Assembly: GCA_913009875.1 (NCBI GenBank)
Contig: CAJVYS010000005.1
Span: 1 to 54,004, forward strand
Source: an uncultured Gammaproteobacteria bacterium
GTDB taxonomy: Bacteria; Pseudomonadota; Gammaproteobacteria; SZUA-152
Length of the DNA: 54,004 nt
Direction of reading: 5' to 3'
Positions 48,764 to 54,004 of this stretch are shown one piece after another. How positions within the stretch are numbered: position 1 is the stretch's first letter; the number at the start of each line of letters is the position of its first letter. A program made the position numbers and the translations under genes. The notes under the pieces were generated by a model. The model ran no database searches. It was given only the letters and a program-made list of their open reading frames with translations, and was not told where the DNA came from.

Positions 48764-49306
48764 TCAGAAACTGTAGACAATACTGGCCGTCAGCACATCG
48801 ATTTCGTCATCAAGCGAATAACGCTCCCAGGCACCCAGGAAGCCTATGCTGCTCGACAGATCGAAGCGTCCACCCAAGCCATAGAACAGATCGACGTCAC
48901 CCGTTGTCACCATACCGCCGGTGGGACCGCTATTGCTCCACTTGGAATCCCAGACCAGGAAACCGAGCTTGCCGAAGACGGCAAACTTGTCAGCAAAAGG
49001 ATAACTGCCAATAGCGGAAAACTCGAGACCCGATGACGAAACGGCTTTGATCTCACCATTGGGCATCACCGGACCATCCATTTTACCAAAGGATATGTAG
49101 CCGGCTTCCAGGGCAAGATACCGGCTCACCGAATAGCCACCGAAAAGTTTCCAGCCCATCATGCTGTCGTACACACTATTGTCCGGCGAGACACTTCCCA
49201 GGCCAAAACCGAAATATGAATCACCTTCACCCGCACAAACCGCCGAAGAAGCACCCAGCACCGCGGCGAGGGCACTGGAAATCAGATATATCTTGCCATC
49301 CTTCAT
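48764..49306 (-). CDS. OmpA-like outer-membrane beta-barrel protein
   Basis: Signal peptide, KLFGGY..YLALEAGY, terminal YSF; GGGAGG RBS. Confidence 0.8.
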   Translation of the reverse strand: MKDGKIYLISSALAAVLGASSAVCAGEGDSYFGFGLGSVSPDNSVYDSMMGWKLFGGYSVSRYLALEAGYISFGKMDGPVMPNGEIKAVSSSGLEFSAIGSYPFADKFAVFGKLGFLVWDSKWSNSGPTGGMVTTGDVDLFYGLGGRFDLSSSIGFLGAWERYSLDDEIDVLTASIVYSF

Positions 49307-49391
49307 ATTTTCCTCCCAAGTAGCGGAATTACCCCGCTCCCTACATTTTTGTGCCTGATTTAACTTGTCCAGCCGCAAAGGAGCAAAGCCC

Positions 49392-50096
49392 TTAACTGGC
49401 TCCGCCTACTACTATTTTTGTTGGCCGGCCACGCCTGTCCTGCCCCACTTTACACCCCAATTTTTTCTCGACTTTTTCTCGAAAATTATCATTTCCCAAG
49501 GGTGTGCCCGTTTGCCAGGCTGCACGAATCGTCGCCAAGGTCTCTGTATCAACGTGCGCCTTAAACAGGGCAGTGTATGCCGTGGTCCGTGACTTAGCTC
49601 CTCTGCCCAGTGATAGATACAGGGGATGCGGCGTCACCAGGTCATCCACTTGTCCCTTTGCATTATGGCGATAGCTTGACCAACGGTACTGTGCAGGTTG
49701 ACGCACCATGTTCGCCCGCACCGGGTTGAGTTCGATATACTTCATACAGATCAAAAGGTAGTGCTCTTCCTGAACCAGGCTGGCCTTGTAGCGTCCTTCC
49801 CAGATGGAACCGCTGGAGCCATAAGCTTGGTTAATATAAGGCACATAGCGACGTCCCACATATTGCATCATACGGGTAATACCAATGCTGTCAGACGGCG
49901 TGGCGAGTATATGAATATGGTTCGTCATGAGCACATAGGCATGAATATCACAGTGATACCGCCTTGCACCCTCCAGAAGCCAATCACGATAAGCCGCATA
50001 ATCCGAATCCTCAAAGAAGACCGGTTCTCGGCTGTGCCCTCTCTGCACAATGTGCACAGGTACACCAGGGATAATAAAGCGGGGTTTTCTTGGCAT
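49392..50096 (-). CDS. Y1 HUH transposase (IS200-like/RAYT-like), copy 1
   Basis: MPRKPR..PG..HIVQRG, YVLMTNHIHIL (HUH), WEGRY, YIELNPVRA, YRWSS. Confidence 0.88.
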   Translation of the reverse strand: MPRKPRFIIPGVPVHIVQRGHSREPVFFEDSDYAAYRDWLLEGARRYHCDIHAYVLMTNHIHILATPSDSIGITRMMQYVGRRYVPYINQAYGSSGSIWEGRYKASLVQEEHYLLICMKYIELNPVRANMVRQPAQYRWSSYRHNAKGQVDDLVTPHPLYLSLGRGAKSRTTAYTALFKAHVDTETLATIRAAWQTGTPLGNDNFREKVEKKLGCKVGQDRRGRPTKIVVGGAS

Positions 50097-50168
50097 AGTG
50101 CTTACCTCTTACACTCTCTGCGTAAAAACTAACACAATTAATCCCATACTTAAAGGGCTTTGACCCCT

Positions 50169-51095
50169 TTAATCAGAGTAAAGAGCAGGTTTCCTTATCG
50201 GCAGAAATGACCTATTGATCTGTTTCCGTCCCTTTTGTCCGGAGGTACTATTGAGTTTTTGTTTGATGAGGTAGAGGTAGCTGTTGAGGGGGTTTCTGCG
50301 CGTTGTTGTGTGCTCCCCAAGATAGCGTGCTTGATACGTCGCTTTTCCATATAGATTTTTGCAGGGCGTCCAATCGCCTTTATTTACAAGCTTTATGAGG
50401 TCTCGGTTACGAATACGGCCCACATAATCCCAGCCCAATGCGATGACCATTTTAAACCAGGGATTGCGAAAACCGGCATCGGTAATGACAATTGGGTGAC
50501 AGTCATCGGGCAGCAGCTTTTTCAGGGTGTGTAAAAATCGCTTGTGGACTTTCGAGCTGCCGATCTTTTTTTGGGGTGGACTTCTTCATATCTCAAGTTT
50601 CGGGGTTCATTTTCACCCCTACAAAATCCCACTAACTAGCTGTATTTACAGTAGATTACTCTTGTACAAGCAATATAAAGGAACCAACAGCAACGAAAGC
50701 ACCCTATAAAATGGTGCTTCAAATTCAATGATGAATGCAGGTCGTTGTTGATCTATCCCGTTCAACTTTGCATGGCATTTTCCAGGGGAATATCAAATAT
50801 ATTCAAGTCGTTACGACCAAGTTCCCGCTGCTTTTGAACCCCGAAACTTGAGTTCATATAAGGTTAAGGCACGTCCACCAACGGGAAGGAAGGCACGCAG
50901 CAAGTGGTAATCACGGTCTGTGGTTAATTCTGACCAATCGACAATGACCAAGGGCCGCTGACTTCCTTTGAGTAGCTCTTGCGCTTTGAATTGGTAAAAG
51001 CTGTTTCATTCCTGATGCAGGTGTGTGTTGCCCAGTAAGCGGTCAATGCGTTTGATGTTGTGTTTTACTAATGCCTTTGAGGCTAAACGCCGGCC
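50169..51095 (-). pseudogene. IS4-family (IS10-like) transposase remnant
   Basis: Minus-strand translation KHNIKRIDRLLGN...VIVDWS...GRALTLYEEVHP...IVITDAGFRNPWF...GWDYVGRIR, with an internal stop, a frameshift in an A-run near 50570, a MITE insertion and both ends truncated. Confidence 0.8.
50592..50852. mobile_element. 261-bp MITE with 18-bp perfect TIRs and 7-bp target-site duplication
   Basis: CTCAAGTTTCGGGGTTCA / TGAACCCCGAAACTTGAG; TTCATAT at 50585-50591 and 50853-50859; excision restores the IS4 reading frame. Confidence 0.9.
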
Positions 51096-51096
51096 G

Positions 51097-51708
51097 CAAG
51101 GGTTTCCCCATCTATGCAGGGGCTGCCTTTGTTTTGTTTGACAAGCTCGTAAGCGTGTTGCAGTACGTCGCTCCGATAGACTTTGTCATAGAGACTGTAG
51201 AATCAATGGTGCTTGGCTTTACGGTATAGCTTCCTCGGCAACTGCTCCTGCGTCCTTGCAGTCGTATCAACCCCTCAGACTTCCAATACGGCCAGATTCA
51301 ATTTTGCTCTTCGCTTATAGGAATCCGTTGGCGCTGCAAACACCACCGTATTGGATCTCGGCTTTGACTCCTGTGTCGCCCTACCTCCTAAATCCATTTA
51401 GTCGTCCCGTCCTGTACAACATATCTTCCGCTACATGCCACTCTTACAATCCCGGAGGATCTACCCGAAACACTCTCTGTCAGTCGGACGGCATCAGCTT
51501 TCCCCTTCAAGTCAGAGGGTCAACATCCCCAATAGGTTAACGAGACTAATACAGACTCACTGGCGCTGCGGCCTGTAGTTTTGCCATCGCAGAACTTACA
51601 GCATGCAATTACTCACATACTGCTCTGCTGTACTACCGGGGTGAATGAGCAATTTCCCGGACGGGACTTTAAACCCGCTAGACACGCTGCCGATGACGGT
51701 GTGCGCTC
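51097..51708 (-). mobile_element. 5' fragment of a group II intron with degraded N-terminus of its RT/maturase
   Basis: 5' GAGCGC..., GGGTTTAAAGTCCC domain-I-like stem; translation LPRKLYRKAK..*FYSLYDKVYRSDVLQHAYELVKQNKGSPCIDG resembles intron RT domain 0. Confidence 0.7.
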
Positions 51709-51930
51709 TGCCCCCTTTTCTCATGCTGTTTTCAGCAGGGATTCATTTGGACTATTGACCAGGATTTGGGGGCCACTTTAGGGTGCCCCCTGTTCTATTC
51801 AATTACCCCCGAAAATCTTTATTTTGTCAGCTTTTTTTACACCCTTTCCAATCGCTGATTACCAATCCAACACATTTCGCGCTAACAGATATAACTCATT
51901 GATACTGCTGAAAATGACTGGGCGGTATCT

Positions 51931-51960
51931 GGTGTAATATGCTTCGCTATTGCACCCTAC
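51931..51960 (-). repeat. Single GTAG REP-like palindrome
   Basis: Minus strand GTAGGGTGCAATAGCGAAGCATATTACACC. Confidence 0.6.
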
Positions 51961-52016
51961 GGAGGCGGACAAACCGGTCGTGACCGGAAAACTGTGAAAT
52001 AAATTTGCAATAAAAC

Positions 52017-52033
52017 TGTCAGTTTTTTTTACA
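52017..52033. promoter_or_regulatory. Possible enhancer-binding-protein site (TGT-N11-ACA) upstream of the PEP-CTERM promoter
   Basis: TGTCAGTTTTTTTTACA about 75 bp upstream of a sigma-54 motif. Confidence 0.4.
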
Positions 52034-52037
52034 CTTT

Positions 52038-52075
52038 GCCATGCCATAGCATGGCATGCCATGCCATGCCATGCC
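52038..52075. repeat. Imperfect (ATGCC)n pentamer tandem repeat
   Basis: GCCATGCCATAGCATGGCATGCCATGCCATGCCATGCC. Confidence 0.75.
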
Positions 52076-52106
52076 TAACTAACTGAAAAATATACAAATG
52101 GAAGGA

Positions 52107-52123
52107 ACGGCATAATATTTGCT
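52107..52123 (+). promoter_or_regulatory. Sigma-54 promoter of the PEP-CTERM gene
   Basis: ACGGCATAATATTTGCT, GG-N10-GC. Confidence 0.7.
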
Positions 52124-52222
52124 GTCTTAATACCTGTCTCTGAGAAATGAATTGTATACCAGGTAAAGAGGCGCATAGAGAAACGCTGTAAAGCGCATCA
52201 AATGTAAGTGGAGTAATTAATA

Positions 52223-52951
52223 ATGAACACAAAATACATTGTTTCGCAAATCACAAAAGCGGCTGCCATCGCTGCAGTATTAGCGATGTCCAGCCAGGCT
52301 CATGCACTAGCCTTCGTCAACGGAGGTTTTGAAGGTTATACAGGTGATACTAATACCTGGAATTCAGCTGTTCCTCCTGGATGGACCACCACCGGCGGAA
52401 CTCCCGATACTTTCGATGCAAACACTACTATGTGGGGCTTCACATGGGCGCCAAGCAGCACCGGCGGCGACTTCCTTCACGGCATTGGTATGCAACCATT
52501 TTGGACGGAAAGTGCTCAACAGCTTGCTCTTGATGGCCTGGTAATTGGTCAAGAATATGAGATCTCTTTCGAGCAAAGCATCTCTCGCGGTATCGGGTCA
52601 CAAGCAGACGGCTTCTGGCGTATCTTTTTTGGCGACGAATCTTTTGATTCTGATCTCATGGCAATACCAGATTCCGGCGTTTTTGGGGGCTGGGACTGGC
52701 AGACCATGATGTTCACGGCTACTTCGACAACACAGTCACTTACAGTCTCAGCAATGAGCGCTACTAACAACTGGAGAACTGATATCGGAATCGATAGTTT
52801 CTATCTTGGCGAACCTGGCCAGAACCCTGACAATCCAGATAATCCAGATAATCCAGATAATCCTATTAATGTACCTGAGCCATCAACACTAGCGTTGTTT
52901 GGACTTGGTATGCTGGGATTTATATCTAGAAGAAGGCTGCTGAAGAGGTAA
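52223..52951 (+). CDS. PEP-CTERM sorting-domain protein
   Basis: Signal peptide AHA, NGGFE domain start, (NPD)n linker at 52823-52864, VPEPSTLALFGLGMLGFISRRR. Confidence 0.93.
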   Translation: MNTKYIVSQITKAAAIAAVLAMSSQAHALAFVNGGFEGYTGDTNTWNSAVPPGWTTTGGTPDTFDANTTMWGFTWAPSSTGGDFLHGIGMQPFWTESAQQLALDGLVIGQEYEISFEQSISRGIGSQADGFWRIFFGDESFDSDLMAIPDSGVFGGWDWQTMMFTATSTTQSLTVSAMSATNNWRTDIGIDSFYLGEPGQNPDNPDNPDNPDNPINVPEPSTLALFGLGMLGFISRRRLLKR

Positions 52952-52975
52952 ATCGACAACGACTGCAATTCACTG

Positions 52976-53016
52976 AAAAAAAGCTCTTGCTAGTTAAATC
53001 AGCAAGAGCTTTTTTT
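52976..53016. terminator. Bidirectional rho-independent terminator
   Basis: AAAAAAAGCTCTTGCT-loop-AGCAAGAGCTTTTTTT between convergent genes. Confidence 0.8.
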
Positions 53017-53887
53017 ATGTCGAGAAACGAATAAGGGTCTTGCCCTTTGCCTGGTCTTGTTGCCGAACAATCCGACTGACACGCGAGTAATGCAAACCAA
53101 AATGTTCACCGATATCCCTCAATGTATACCCCCCACTTGCATACGCCTCCGCGATAGCCGTGTCCCTATCTGGATAGCGTTCCGCATAGTACGTTAACGC
53201 CCTGGGTACTTGGCGTCTGTGGGCAGAGGGGATCTCGCTCAGATCGGCATCGGGAATCAGCCTTCTCTGCACGCTCACCACGAAAGATTCCGAACCAAGA
53301 TATATCTGGTTCTTAAGCTGTCCCCAAGGTGAGGGCTGATTCTTGCCCTCGGCAATAAAGGTACGATAGCGCTCGACAGCTGTTCGACGTTTCTTTGCGA
53401 ATGCCGAGAGAATCCAGTCTGGCTCGAGCCATTCACTGATCCTGGAAAGGCCAGCAGTGGACCGATAGCTGCTCCAGGGCCAGTCCTTCGCCGCCCGTAC
53501 CATTTTAGCGCGCACAGGATTGAGCACGATGTAACGCGCCAGCTCCAGCAGATAGGACTCCTTCTGTACAAGGATGGCCTTGTACCTTCCCTGAAAGACA
53601 TGACCAACCCGGCCGTGCCGGCGGTTGAATCGCTGGGTGTAGACTCCATTGAGATGACGCATGCCGCGAGCCAAATTGCCGTCTGGCGTCTCCACCAGCA
53701 GGTGATAATGATTGGTCATTTGACACTCGGCATATACTACCCAATTGAAGCGCCGACACACTTCCAAAAGCACTGCGTAAAAGACACGACGATCTTCATC
53801 ATCATGGTAGATATCCTCCTGCCCATCTCCTCGAGATGTCACATGATAGATAGCGCCGGAGAATTCAATGCGAAGTGGACGAGCCAT
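53015..53887 (-). CDS. Y1 HUH transposase (RAYT-like) with C-terminal HTH, copy 2
   Basis: MARPLRIEF.GA.YHVTSRG, MTNHYHLL, GHVFQGRYKA, YIVLNPVRA, WPWSS; TLRDIGEHFGLHYSRVSR HTH. Confidence 0.88.
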   Translation of the reverse strand: MARPLRIEFSGAIYHVTSRGDGQEDIYHDDEDRRVFYAVLLEVCRRFNWVVYAECQMTNHYHLLVETPDGNLARGMRHLNGVYTQRFNRRHGRVGHVFQGRYKAILVQKESYLLELARYIVLNPVRAKMVRAAKDWPWSSYRSTAGLSRISEWLEPDWILSAFAKKRRTAVERYRTFIAEGKNQPSPWGQLKNQIYLGSESFVVSVQRRLIPDADLSEIPSAHRRQVPRALTYYAERYPDRDTAIAEAYASGGYTLRDIGEHFGLHYSRVSRIVRQQDQAKGKTLIRFST

Positions 53888-54004
53888 GAGCCAAGCTTAG
53901 TCAAGGATAGGCAAAAGGCAAGACTTGACCCCCTATTCTTGTAGTCAAGGCAGAACTCCAAACGAGACTTGTATCGAAATCTTAAGTTTTCCAATTGTCA
54001 CAGC

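Noticed and set aside
49392-53887. Classical integron
   Set aside because: No tyrosine recombinase IntI and no attC-like sites recognised
1-54004. CRISPR array, tRNA or rRNA genes
   Set aside because: No regularly spaced direct repeats with unique spacers, no cloverleaf or rRNA-like sequence recognised; the repeats are inverted REP/MITE types

Overview
GC-rich gammaproteobacterial-type chromosomal window with four parts. (1) 1-10 kb: a minus-strand nucleotide-sugar-like cluster encoding two paralogous radical SAM/SPASM enzymes, a TPP-dependent E1 alpha/beta pair with no E2/E3, a nucleotidyltransferase-kinase fusion in reverse HldE order, a GmhA-like isomerase, an epimerase/dehydratase and an AT-rich FkbM methyltransferase. 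It has two sigma-54-type promoter motifs and lies back-to-back with part 2. (2) 10-25 kb: a polar-flagellum locus (PilZ protein, fleQ-fleS-fleR, fliEFGHI), with fliJ displaced to the opposite strand behind a PAS-GGDEF-EAL gene. (3) 25-49 kb: housekeeping and signalling genes (rluE-mnmA-hflD, porin/PBP pair, Sel1 protein, hybrid kinase with HD-GYP regulator, CHASE2 kinase-PP2C-FHA, ppx, CDF transporter). Intergenic spaces across parts 2-3 hold many families of palindromic repeats, repeatedly nested one inside another. (4) 49-54 kb: a mobile-DNA patch with two Y1 (HUH, RAYT-like) transposases bounded by short IRs and TGACCCC-like motifs, an IS4/IS10-like pseudogene interrupted by a 261-bp MITE with a 7-bp target duplication, a truncated group II intron and a sigma-54-preceded PEP-CTERM gene. 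No rRNA, tRNA or CRISPR array was seen. All calls come from motif recognition by eye; no database searches were run.
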